Positions 12,168 through 23,241 of a DNA stretch of 34,675 nucleotides are shown here, in pieces. The stretch is from Neoconidiobolus thromboides FSU 785. Lineage: Eukaryota; Fungi; Entomophthoromycota. Within the stretch, counting starts at the first letter, position 1; each line of letters begins with the position of its first letter. The stretch covers positions 1-34,675 of the forward strand of contig MU626460.1 in NCBI GenBank assembly GCA_025603075.1. The letters run 5' to 3'. Position numbers and translations under genes: made by a program. The notes under the pieces are model-generated. The model saw only the letters and a program-made list of their open reading frames with translations, was not told the origin of the DNA and ran no database searches.

Positions 12168-12594
12168 CTTTTTTAATTGAAAATTAAAGTAAAAATGAAA
12201 TGAAAATTAAATAGCAATATTCAATTTAGGTTTGATAAGGAAATAACGTTGATTTTATTGGTGCTTCTTGTTTTTCTACTTTCTAAAGCGGACAAATTCT
12301 ATTGTTTTAACTGAATTGATAACTATTAATTTAATTGTTACTAAAAGTTAATATATTAAAATTAATACTTTATATTAAATAATAAAAAACAATATAATAT
12401 AATATATTCACTATAATTTTAACTTATTCTACTTCTATCAAAACCAAGAATAATCAACTCATTTTTAGCATAACTTGCTTGACTCAATTGAAACTTTTTT
12501 TAAATATTCTTATCAATTTTTAATTTATTAAATCAAAAATTCAATCGATTTTTAGTTTGAATTCCAATGTCTTTATTAAGTCATTTTTTAAAAA

Positions 12595-13416
12595 ATGCTA
12601 GTAAACAATTTCAAAATAATAGTAAAAAAGGTAACTCTAATCTCATTGTTTTACTTTATGACTAAAGATTGTCATAACATTGTAGCTTTTAACATTGATG
12701 AATTATTAAACTGGCGAAAGGAGCTGGAATTAATCAACTTTAAAAAAGAGAGCCCTTCCAGTTTAACTGAAAAATTCATTATTGGTAGTGATGCTGATAT
12801 CGGAGGAAAATCATCGGTCAATCTCAGTCTTAACGATTGTGGCCATGCTGTGTTCTCTGGTAACATCTCACCTTATATGCCTAATTATTTAGAGATCAAA
12901 GTGCATGGTTATGCGGCATTTAAATTAAAAACCCCAGAAAATGGTTTTTTTGAGTCTGAATTATTTGATACATTGCCATTTCGATATCTTGCATTAAGGG
13001 TCCGAGGTACCAATGGTAAAAATGGCATGCCGCCAATAAGGAGGTTTACAGTTAATATTCAGACGGATAGTTTAATACCCTCCGACTTGTTTCAACATCG
13101 ATTATTTTTAAATAAACCAGGGGAATGGGAAACAGTTTTGGTAAGTTTTTCGAGGGATTTATTCATTTATTTATTTCTACTTGGGATATTGATTTTTATT
13201 TTTTATTATATAAAATAGATACCTTTTAATGAATTTGTGTTAACAAATGATGGAGCTGTTGAACCTCAGCAAATGAGCATGTTTAGAGAAAAAGTAAAAT
13301 CAATTGGTATCTCTCTTTTAGATCAAAAACCAGGACCTTTTAAATTAGAAATTGATTGGATTAAAGCTTATAATAGTCCATATACTGATGGGGATATGGA
13401 TATTGTACCAGAATAA
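12595..13416 (+). CDS. CIA30: Complex I intermediate-associated protein 30 (NDUFAF1/CIA30), 2 exons; start uncertain
   Basis: GSDADIGGKS, GYAAF, FRYLALRVRG and LFQHRLF motifs. Intron 13141-13219, then IPFNEFVLTNDG...VKSIGISLLDQKPGPFKLEIDWIKA; stop 13414-13416. Confidence 0.88.
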
Positions 13417-13847
13417 TAAATAAAATATAAACAGTTTGATTGATTAGGGAGGTAATTTGTTTGTTATTGAATTATAAAGTTAGATTAAAGTTTAAGAAAG
13501 GTAGCTGTTTTTCAAAAGTTTTTTAAAAATTTATCATGTTAAATATAACAGACAGGTTAGTTTAGATAATAAAAATAGATTATGTTGCTACAAAGAAGGA
13601 ATATACAAAATTTTCAACTTTGTATTTATGTTTATAAAATCAGTTAATATATTGGTAAGCTATAACAATTAATTTTAGGTTGAATGTTATTTTATTAATG
13701 CTTTAAATTTAAAAATAGCTTTGGTTTTGAAGAAAATAAATATTGCTTAAAGTGCCTGTTTTGCAAAGATCATATTGATATTATATCACCAATTCTTGTA
13801 TTGTTTTATCATTTTAAATAGTTTTTAGACTTATCTATAGTACACAA

Positions 13848-13944
13848 GAGGGTTTTTTTTTGGGTTTATCACTTTTTACATCTTTAAGTATTATTTGAGT
13901 GGAAAAATTATTAATAAAATTCTTGAACATAAAAACACATCCCC
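13848..13944 (+). mobile_element. MITE copy 1 (~97 bp), TSD ACAA
   Basis: GAGGGTTTTT...AAAAACACATCCCC ends, shared internal TTAAG..TATTTGAGTGGAAAAATT..AAAATTCTT, and ACAA on both flanks. Confidence 0.85.
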
Positions 13945-14453
13945 ACAAAGTATTTTTTTGTAAAGTCTTGTCAACATGATTACCCTTCAAATATTTTTTA
14001 TGTAGGTTTCTTTAATAAGTGCATAATTTTTATAAAGCTTTTAGAGCTTTATATGATGTTTCTGTTCTATTGATTACATATTGATCATTATTTCTATTCT
14101 TAGATAAATTAAATTATTAAAAGCTCTTGATGATACAAATATATAGCCAACCTCGTTTTGCAGCTGGATATATATAACTTCTTAAAACAACTAGTTCTTA
14201 CATTCTGATAAAATAAAATAAGTTATTTAATACCACATTCCTATCTTCTGCTCATTTTTTTAAAAATTTACCCTATTATATCAGTTTTTCATATCATATG
14301 AAATTAATAGCACATTAATCTAAAAAGAGTTTAAATATTTCAACAAAAACAAGGACACTACCAATTCAACAAGCTTCTAACATTTTTAGTGCAAAAAGGT
14401 ACTTTGCTTGGGCATGCCAAAAGATAAAATAGTTAACTTTTACAGTTAGTAAA

Positions 14454-14476
14454 TGCGCCCACCGCGGATTGAACGC

Positions 14477-14520
<44 letters not shown>

Positions 14521-14526
14521 AGCCGC
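14454..14526 (-). tRNA. tRNA-Phe(GAA), intronless; acceptor stem has a G4:G69 mismatch
   Basis: GCGGCTATAGCTCAGTTGGGAGAGCGTCAGACTGAAGATCTGAAGGTCCCGCGTTCAATCCGCGGTGGGCGCA, with canonical Phe D-arm and anticodon arm. Confidence 0.95.
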
Positions 14527-14620
14527 AACCTATAATGTTAGTATGCAACTATTATATATAATCCACAAATGTGTAAATAATAGTGTTTAAACCAAATTGA
14601 CATTTTATTTAGTACTGTAT

Positions 14621-14699
14621 GAGGGTGTTTTTTTGACTTCAGCACTTCTTTCATTTTTTAAGTGTTATTTAAGCAAAGTTTATCAGTAAAATTCTTAAC
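14621..14699 (+). mobile_element. MITE copy 2, 3'-truncated
   Basis: GAGGGTGTTTTTTTGACTTCA...AGTAAAATTCTTAA matches the family; right TIR missing. Confidence 0.8.
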
Positions 14700-14846
14700 C
14701 AATTGCTCTCAAATCAATTAAGGAGAATGGCAAGATGCTGTGTTGTATACTGATTTAATACTCAAAAAATCTGACTGATACTCTATAAGCCATAAAAATA
14801 TTTCGCTGTACCAGAGTTGCTATAGTTGGAGCATATTGGAATATAT

Positions 14847-14945
14847 GGGTGTGTTTTTTTTGACTTCATTGTTTTTCCCATCTTTTAAGCGTTACTTAAG
14901 CGGAAAGTTTGTTAATAAAATTCTTAAATACAAAAATACATCCCC
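14847..14945 (+). mobile_element. MITE copy 3, TSD ATAT
   Basis: ATAT|GGGTGTGTTTT...CAAAAATACATCCCC|ATAT. Confidence 0.9.
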
Positions 14946-15637
14946 ATATTTTATGTTTATGTTTTGGCTTTTTGAAACAGTAGTTTTTTTAAGCAAGTTT
15001 TCAAAAATCTAGCTATAGTAGTTTTAATACTTCTTAACCTGTCATTATTATAGCAGAAGATAATGAATTCAAATGTAATTATTATCAAAATAAAAAACTC
15101 AAAACATTGTTAATATCCTTTTATTTCAATAATGTTTTTAAGATAAATATTGTAGCAGCTTTTATAAATTTTTTAATCAAAGTTATAAATACAGAAATAT
15201 TAAATCTGCTTATAGTAGATTTTATAATATAACCAATAATATTTAATATTAAGCAACTTGCTAAAAGAAGCAATTTTATGTTTTATTAATATATAAAGCT
15301 TTAAACCAAGCTTTTTAACTTTATGAATAACAGACACAATAGCAGTATAGTTTCAAAAAAAAACCCCCCAAAATGTTAATAAAACTTAAACTTTTTAATA
15401 CAGCTGCAAAAGAGAGAATTTGTTTTTGCTATAATTAAAAAACAACAGATTTTTTTTATAATGCAATAAAATTATACTATTAAAAATAACATACTGTTAG
15501 TAATTATCTATAGTATTTGTGATGTTTAAATTTATTCATTTATTAAAAACTATTAAATATATAATTGGTTAAATATAGTTGCCAATTTAACAATAATATT
15601 TTTCAAAAATACAAAACCTGTATTTGCAATAATATAT

Positions 15638-15731
15638 GGGGCTGTTTTTTTAGTTTCATTATCTTTACATCTTTAAGCGCTGTTTGAGTGGAAAAATTGT
15701 AGTAAAATTCTTAAACAAAAAATACATTCCT
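15638..15731 (+). mobile_element. MITE copy 4, TSD ATAT
   Basis: ATAT|GGGGCTGTTTT...AAAAATACATTCCT|ATAT. Confidence 0.88.
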
Positions 15732-15900
15732 ATATGTAAGCTTTTTATTATGGATTGCTACAATAAATAGAGTATTTTTCTTAGCTTTCAATACGATAAT
15801 AAAGCTAAGATTTTACCCAAACAATTGTATTATATCCTTTTAAAATACTTTTTTTTAGCATAAATGATAAAAAATGAACTTATTTTTTATAAAAGTATAT

Positions 15901-15998
15901 GGGAGTGTTTTTTTGACTTCGTTATTTCTTCCATTTTTTAAGCACTATTTAAGTGGAAAATTTGTTAGTAAAATTCTTAAACACAAAAATACATCCCC
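15901..15998 (+). mobile_element. MITE copy 5, TSD ATAT
   Basis: ATAT|GGGAGTGTTTT...CACAAAAATACATCCCC|ATAT; ends 46 bp before the ATG at 16045. Confidence 0.9.
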
Positions 15999-16044
15999 AT
16001 ATAATAAGTTCATAACAATACACTAATTTTAAAGTTTAAACAAA

Positions 16045-16847
16045 ATGGGAAGATGGCCAAGCTCCAGTGATTTTGATAGATTTGATCATGGCAGACTGAA
16101 CAATAATAAAAGCAGAAAGGATCTAGAGAATTTAGGTATATTAGAGCATGACAAAAGACATTATTATCGAAGATATTTTTATAAAAGTAGGTTTAATTAT
16201 ACCATTGTACTAAACTATACCGACTTTGAAAAAGCTTTTTTGGAAAAAGGTAATGTTGATAGCTGGGTAATTAATTTTATCCTTTAGCTAGTAGTACAAT
16301 GATATTTTTGAGCTTCAATACTTCTAAACTATCAAGTTCGTGTGGCTCAAATAAAGAGTCATTGATAGCTAAAGAGATAAAGGCATTGGTCCAAGGTATC
16401 ATTGAATATATGACAAAAGAGTATTTTACTAAAACAACAAGCATTAAGCATAATCATTGTGAGAAACTAATTACGTTTTCTTCTACTGATAAACAAAACC
16501 GCGATAAACAATATATAAAGGAAGTCATATATAAAGACCACCATTCCAAACTCTATAGACCATTTTATAGAAAGAATACTATTAGTTTAATTGTTGTGAA
16601 TGAGTTACTTGGTGATATTGTTGGCATCAAGTTGAAGAGTTCAATTATTAACTACTACTCAAAGGTTACTAAAATTGTTTATTGTAAACATAATAAGATT
16701 GAAGATCTGGACATTTATTTGGATTCCATTACGGTTGTATTGTTTACTCTTAGTTCTATTATCACTACCACTATAAATAAAGAGCTCTTAATTGATGGTT
16801 CAGTAGTTAGTGTGTCATCGAAAATGTCCGAAGTAATTTATTGTTGA
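16045..16847 (+). pseudogene. Disrupted paralogue of the 17264 gene (frameshift plus nonsense codon near 16265-16290)
   Basis: ORFs 16045-16287 and 16299-16847 align colinearly to one intact paralogue. The junction shows a frameshift and TAA where the paralogue has CAA (AAT TAA vs AAT CAA). Removing the nearby GT...AG candidates does not restore the frame. Confidence 0.75.
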
Positions 16848-17263
16848 AATTAAACAAATAGTAACGTTGGATTAATATTACCCTTTTTTATAATTTTTTT
16901 TATAATAAATGCTTTTTAATGACATGGTGATATACGTAATCTATTCAAAATTTATTAACCTTTAGCATTTATGAATCATTATCACTCAACTAAAAAATAA
17001 AAATAAAATTCCACCAAAGCAATTTAATTATTCATTCTATATCTCATAAACTAATGTTTTCTGTTTTTCTTTTTATAATAAAGTTTTAAAACTTTCGATT
17101 CTAAAAAGAGTAATCTGGTACCAAAAATAATTAAATAAATGAACACTTTGTTCTTATTAATAAATTAAAGGTTTCAGAGTAAAAAGCTACAAGGACATAA
17201 TATAAATAAGACGATAATAACACATTGATTTTAAACTATCGACTAAATTCGAAAAACAAAAGA

Positions 17264-18070
17264 ATGGGCATAGCGCGAAGATCTGAAAATTTTGATATAT
17301 ACGAACACGACAAAGTGAATAAGGATGAAAATAAAAAGGATTTGGAAAATTTAGGCATTCTAAGATACACCAAAAAACACTATCATCAAAGATACCTTTA
17401 TGAAAGTAGTTTTAAATATGCCATTGTATTAAATTATACCGAATTTGTAAAAGAATTTTTAGATAAAGGTAAAATTGACCAATTGAGCAATCAAATGTAT
17501 TCATCTGGAAGTAGTAAGTCAAGTTTTTTTGGTTCAAATCCTTCTATTAAGTTATCCAGTACTTATGACTCAAATAAAGAGTTATTGATAGCCAAAGAGA
17601 TAAAGATTTTGGCCCAAGATATTATGGGACATATGACTAAACATTATTTTACCAAAGCAACAAGTATAAAGCATAATGAGAGAGAGAAATTAGTGACTTT
17701 TTCTTTTATTAATAAAGACGACCGAGATGAACAATATATAAATGAAGTTTTATACAAAGAGAGCCATATAAAGTTATATAGACCCTTCTACAAGAAAGAT
17801 AATGTTAAACTGATCACTGTGACCGATCTACCTGGTACTATCGTTGGTAATGAATTAGAAAATCTAGTTATTAAACACTATTCCACAATTGGTACAGTTG
17901 TTTATTGTAAACACAATAAGGCTGAAAATCTGGACATCTATTCGGATTCAGTTACAGTTGTGTTGGCTACACTTGGCTCTATTACTGCTACTACTGTAAA
18001 CAAAGAGCTAATAGTTGACGGTTTAGCGGTCAGGACATCACCAGAATTTCCTGAAGTGGTTTATTGTTGA
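17264..18070 (+). CDS. Unknown 268-aa protein with two RRM-like segments resembling non-LTR retrotransposon ORF1p, ending at YC*
   Basis: Intact ORF (ATG 17264; the track start at 17225 is a TTG). LITVTDLPGTIVGNELENLVIKHYSTIGTVVYC...YSDSVTVVL fits an RRM beta1-alpha1-beta2-beta3 pattern. Fold assignment is by eye. Confidence 0.55.
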   Translation: MGIARRSENFDIYEHDKVNKDENKKDLENLGILRYTKKHYHQRYLYESSFKYAIVLNYTEFVKEFLDKGKIDQLSNQMYSSGSSKSSFFGSNPSIKLSSTYDSNKELLIAKEIKILAQDIMGHMTKHYFTKATSIKHNEREKLVTFSFINKDDRDEQYINEVLYKESHIKLYRPFYKKDNVKLITVTDLPGTIVGNELENLVIKHYSTIGTVVYCKHNKAENLDIYSDSVTVVLATLGSITATTVNKELIVDGLAVRTSPEFPEVVYC

Positions 18071-18525
18071 AACAAATTATGTTAAATTAAACCTTGAACT
18101 TTTATTATGCTTTTTTTATATTTAGAATAGTTGAAATATATATCTTTTTTTGGGCTCATTTCATTATTAGTTTTATAAAGAAGGATAGATAATAGGAAAA
18201 AAAGTTTTAATTGATTTCAAGACTGAACTTTATTAGTAATGATAAATGCTATTACAACAATAAAATAAGAATATAGGATTTATATAATATATTACAATAT
18301 AGATTTCTTGTTTATAAAAACAAATTAGCAAGCTAATATATTTAATTAGGTGAATTCATTTGCTAAAAATACAATGGAATTGAATTTCGGATTTTAGTTA
18401 CGTAAAACCAATTTTAGCTAATACTAATAGTGCATTAATTAATTTGATGGAAAAACTTGAAATAGCAGTAGCCACCAAAAAGCATATAAAAACAAAAAAT
18501 AGCAGTAACATTCTTTACAAAAAAA

Positions 18526-19575
18526 ATGACAAAAGTAACCAACAAACAAATTTATTATAAGGAGATTCCAAAGGGATTTCCACAGCTCGATACAACCTTT
18601 GAGTATAAACAAGAAGAAATTGATTTAAACAAAGTTGAATTATCCCAAGGTCAAGTTTTATTAGAAAATTTGATTGCTTCCGTTGACCCCTATATGAGAG
18701 GAAGAATGAGGGATCCTAAAGTACGTTCCTATGTACCAGCATTTAAATTAAATGCTAAATTAGATACTTTAACATTATCTAAAGTTATTCGTTCCAATGA
18801 CTCTAACTTACCAGAAGGTAGCTATGTAACCTTATCAGCTCCTTGTGAAAACTATTCGGTAGTAAAAGGGAAACACTGTACCCCAATAATTACTGATCCT
18901 TCTATTCCATTATCTTATTATCTTTCTATTCTTGGTGTTCCTGGATTGACCGCCTACGTTGGGTTATATAAAATTGGACAACCAAAAGCAGGAGAAACCA
19001 TATTTATTTCTGGAGCTTCAGGAGCAGTAGGTCAAATTGTTGGGCAACTAGCCAAAGAAAGAGGACTAAGAGTGATTGGCTCAGCAGGTGAAGATGAAAA
19101 GGTTGATTATTTAATTAAGGAGTTAAAATTTGATGCTGCTTTTAACTATAAAAAAGAAAAGGATTTAAAAAAAATATTAAAAGAGTTGTGCCCTAAAGGG
19201 ATCGATATTTACTTCGATAATGTAGGTGGAAAAACTTTAGAAGTAGCTATTGGATTGTGTAATGATTTTGCACGTATCCCATTGTGTGGTATGATCTCTC
19301 AATATAACTTAGCTCCTAAAGATTACTATCCTATCAAAAATTTGATCTTAGCTGTACCTAGACGTATTAAGATGGAAGGGTTTATTGCTACAGATGACCA
19401 CGGTGAATACAGTAAAATGTTCTTAAAGGATTGTCAAAATTTGATTAAGCAAAACAAACTTAAGATTAGTGAAAGTATTGATCATGGAGTTGAAAATATA
19501 CCAAGTTCTCTTTTAAAATTGTTCAAAGGTGGTAATCAAGGCAAACAATTAGTCAAATTAAGTTCCAAACTCTAA
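18526..19575 (+). CDS. NADP-dependent alkenal/ene reductase (PTGR1/LTB4DH-like MDR family), intronless
   Basis: SVDPYMRGRM, LGVPGLTAYVGL, ISGASGAVGQIVGQLAK, GIDIYFDNVGG, CGMISQYN and GGNQGKQLV. Confidence 0.93.
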   Translation: MTKVTNKQIYYKEIPKGFPQLDTTFEYKQEEIDLNKVELSQGQVLLENLIASVDPYMRGRMRDPKVRSYVPAFKLNAKLDTLTLSKVIRSNDSNLPEGSYVTLSAPCENYSVVKGKHCTPIITDPSIPLSYYLSILGVPGLTAYVGLYKIGQPKAGETIFISGASGAVGQIVGQLAKERGLRVIGSAGEDEKVDYLIKELKFDAAFNYKKEKDLKKILKELCPKGIDIYFDNVGGKTLEVAIGLCNDFARIPLCGMISQYNLAPKDYYPIKNLILAVPRRIKMEGFIATDDHGEYSKMFLKDCQNLIKQNKLKISESIDHGVENIPSSLLKLFKGGNQGKQLVKLSSKL

Positions 19576-19777
19576 ATAAATTAGAATGTCATATTAAAAT
19601 ATTATGTTTTTATTTTTATTGTTATCTGTGTATTCTTACTTTTATTATAGCGATTTATTTGACGTTATTCACTATTACTCATGATTCATAATTCATAATT
19701 CATAATTTTTAGATGACTTCAATAAATAGAGCAACTATAAAAATTAGGTTTTATTTTTATAATTCATAATAAGATAA

Positions 19778-21511
19778 ATGCTGATAAAAAGAAGGATACT
19801 CAGTTCACTAATAAACCCAATAAAACTGTTATGTTCAAAATATAGTATTCAAAAGTATTCGATCATGAATTATAATGAAGACAAAAGTAAGAGGTAGTAA
19901 ATCGAAAATGAAATTACTAATATTTTTGATTTATTAAAAGAGATTCAACCAAAGGATCACCTTCAGTTAAAGTAAGTCAAATTCCATTAACAGTGTTATA
20001 GAGATTAAACATAAATATTAATAAATAGTAACAATAAAAACAAATTGTCACTACAATGGAAACAAAAGCCAAGTACAATATTGATAGTAAAAAAACCAAA
20101 CGATAAACAAACGGATGAGGCATTATTAGAGATGGTTGAGTAAATACTATTAATAATCCCAAAAGAATAATATTTAGTTAAATGTTCACAAAACCAGCTG
20201 GCTAAATCAACAAAAATCATATAATATTATCATTGAACCACATAATAAGCCTGAGGTGATAGAAAAGTTGAAAGAAGTAACTGTTTTTAATCATGGTAAA
20301 TTCAAATTTAATATTTTTTATAACTATTATAATTGGATATAATCCTACTTAAAGAAACATGGAAAGGATTGAAAGACCAAGTAGACATGGTAATAACCTT
20401 AGGTGGAGATGGTTCTCTATTGCATGTATCTTCTTTATTTAATCAAACGGTGCCTCCTATCATCTCCTTTTCTATGGGTACGTTGGGCTTTTTATTGCCA
20501 TTTCGTAAGATTTATGTTGCTTTGCTATTCAAATTAATCATGAATATTTATTTAGACATCAAGAACTATAAGTCAGATCTAGAAAATTTTATTAATGGCA
20601 AAATTCAACTTATAAAGCGAGATCGTTTAGCTTGCTCTTTTTTAGATAGTGATAATCAACCCAAATTATTCTCATGGACTGGGGAATCAAGTGGTAATTT
20701 AAACTATATTTGAGATAAGATATTATATCAACACTACTGCTCTATTCTATTTAAATAGACAAAATTCATATAGTGAATGAAATCAATTTACATCGAGGTA
20801 TTTATCCACATTTAACAAGTATAAATTGTTATGTTGATGATTTATATTTAACCAACGGAGTAGTAATATTAATATTTTTTAATTCATAATTACTATACTA
20901 ACAAACCCAAGGCTGACGGGTATATTAAATTATAATAATTTAAATAAACTTAAATTTAAAATTATTTAGTATAATGATTTCTACGCCTACTGGTAGTACC
21001 GCTTACTCTTTATCCGCTGGTAATATAATGAATTATTTGATAGTAATAATATGATGTAATACTGTTATTCTTTTTATTAGGCGGTCCTATTATTCATCCA
21101 ATGGTAGCTTGTTTATTATTAACTCCTATATGCCCAAGGTCACTGTCGTTTAGGCCAGTAGTCTTACCTTCTACTAGTAAAATTACTTTAAAAGTAAGCT
21201 TTTATCATTTTATTACAACGTTAGTTAATTTGAAATCTTTAAGGTTCATCCAGAGTCTAGAACACATACTCAAATCTCATTGGACGGTAGACAAATTGGT
21301 ACCTTAAATTATAACGAGTTAGTAAATGTAAATAATAATTTAATTTAATTTAATTGATAATATAAAAATACTAATAATCAAAAATAAATAGATAACGATA
21401 TCAGATTATCCTTTATTTTCAGCTAATAGAATAGGGTTAGGTGAAGATTGGACACATGATATCAATCGATTATTAAAATGGAATCAAAGTTTTTCAATTT
21501 TTTCCAAATAA
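19778..21511 (+). CDS. POS5: Mitochondrial NAD(H) kinase, Pos5-like, many exons
   Basis: Basic presequence MLIKRRILSSLINPIKLL, WKQKPSTILIVKKP, ITLGGDGSLLH, FSMGTLGFL, VNEINLHRG, ADG..ISTPTGSTAYSLSAG|GPIIHP, LTPICPRSLSFRP and WTHDINRLLKWNQSF; stop 21509-21511. Confidence 0.88.
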
Positions 21512-21518
21512 ATCAACG

Positions 21519-22588
21519 TTAAACCTCATCATCATCATCTACTAACATAGGTCCACCACCTGTTTGATTTAAATGAGAATAACCATTAGAATTTCGATTT
21601 CTATTAAATAAATTTTTAAATGTATCAATTATTTTGACTAATATTATGATACTCATATCCTAACAAAATATTAATATAAACATAAAACTATTATTTTTTA
21701 TAACTGTTACCTTGACAAAATCATAAATATTGTACCAAAACTCGTAATTGGGTATTTGTTGTAATCCTTGTTTTTTCATTACAAATCGATTATATAATAT
21801 TCCTCCCAAAAGATAAACTGTAACAATCACTGTAATTATAGTCCAAATAATGGAGGCACCGCCACCAGTACTACTATTGTTGCTATTACCAGGTGTTTTT
21901 TGGCCATCCTTGTCAAGTGGACAAGCGTGTATGCTTTTAATTTCAAACTGATATTGGCATTTTAAATAATCGCCTAAAAACTCGACAACTGGCTAACAAA
22001 ATCAATACATCTAAATAATAAAACAATTGTTATATTACCTCGTCCTTGGCATTAGTATCACAAGTAAAAATAAGTTTACTATTGATACGATTGACATCAA
22101 TATCTTCACAATTATCACCGTTTTTATATTCTAAGATTACATGGCCACCTTTTTTATACAACTTTTTATCAACTTTTCTATTTAAATTAAACAAAGATAA
22201 AAAAACCAAACTCAAAAGCAAAAAATAGCAATTACCCTAAAGAAACCGATTTACCATCTTTTTCGGGCAATAAAATAGCACCAACAGTATCAGGTTCCAT
22301 CAAACCAGATTTAGCGTAATTGATATTGTTACATATATTTAGCTTAAAACTCATTTCTTTTTCTTCATGATCTGGGTCCGCTTCTACTTTCAAAGTGTAA
22401 TCACTAGTTCAGTTAGTTAATGTTCATTTTTTAAATCTTGTTCAAAATTACTCTTTCTTCTTAATGAGCTTTGTTAGATCATAAACCACCTTTCCGTCCT
22501 TATCCTTTATTTGACATTCGTCGCTGTCCTTACAGTTGATATATAGAATAGTGAATATCAATAGTAATATGTAGTTGATAAGTTTCAT
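21519..22588 (-). CDS. MRH-domain type I membrane receptor (cation-dependent M6P receptor/Mrl1/Atg27-like), multi-exon
   Basis: Signal peptide MKLINYILLILIF, VYDLTKL, LEYKNGDNC...LIFTCD, FEIKSIHACP, TM helix then YNRFVMKKQGLQQIPNYEFW, and a tail with GYSHL and DDDDEV*. Confidence 0.85.
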
Positions 22589-23241
22589 TTTTGATAAAAA
22601 AGCAAGTAGTTGAATTTTTCAAAGAGTTATTATAGTTTGGAATAAATTGAACTAATCATTCAACTTGTTTATCCGTTTTTATTGGCTTTAATTTTTTTTT
22701 TTCTAAAATTATCTTATCTCACTTATGCTTTTATGATGTGGCAGTTTTTTTGGTTTGATGCCAAGCTTGACTTTAGAACTAATAATAGACAAAAATTATC
22801 GCTTTGGAAGCTTTTGGGTAGTATTAATGTTATATAAATATCAAATGTTACTTATTTCTAAAGAACAATACAATATATTATTAATAAATATAACGTCATC
22901 TATAATAAAGTGGGACTATTACCTTAAGTTATGGCTATATTGCTTTTAGTAGGGCTGTTTTAAAAACAGGTACAATAAACATAAATTCGAGTCATAAAAT
23001 TTTAAATGTAATACAATTAAGCATCAAATTTTTTTTGCAAATTCAATATAAAATCTTTTATCATTTTAAACTATGTAAAATAAACGCATACGATATACAG
23101 AGTTTATAATAGAATGGTTAAAAAATCGAAATGCCAATATTTAAATGTCAGCATTACAACCCTTCTAATTAAAAGGCTAAACTAGTTTTTCACAATAGCA
23201 CTAATATATTCATTTACGCTTACTGCTATTAGTTACTTTAT

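Noticed and set aside
13848-15998. CRISPR-like or tandemly duplicated array (direct repeats with unique spacers and apparent ~1-kb periodicity)
   Set aside because: The repeats are ~100 bp with TIRs and individual TSDs. Spacers are 147-692 bp and non-homologous, copies elsewhere are inverted, the context is eukaryotic, and no cas genes are present.
19679-19710. Short (ATTCATA)x3 tandem repeat between the reductase and POS5
   Set aside because: Too short and AT-rich to be distinguished from slippage background.
19977-20220. Minus-strand hydrophobic ORFs with 'IMPHPFVYRLVFLLSILYL', resembling phosphatidylserine synthase PTDSS
   Set aside because: They are the antisense shadow of POS5 exons (WKQKPSTILIVKKPNDKQTDEALLEMV). 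The frame is closed by a stop just upstream and no other PTDSS motifs follow.
22755-22949. 64-aa ORF starting at TTG, and nearby AT-rich frames (also 28740-28910)
   Set aside because: No recognisable motif and frequent stops in neighbouring frames; expected by chance at this composition.
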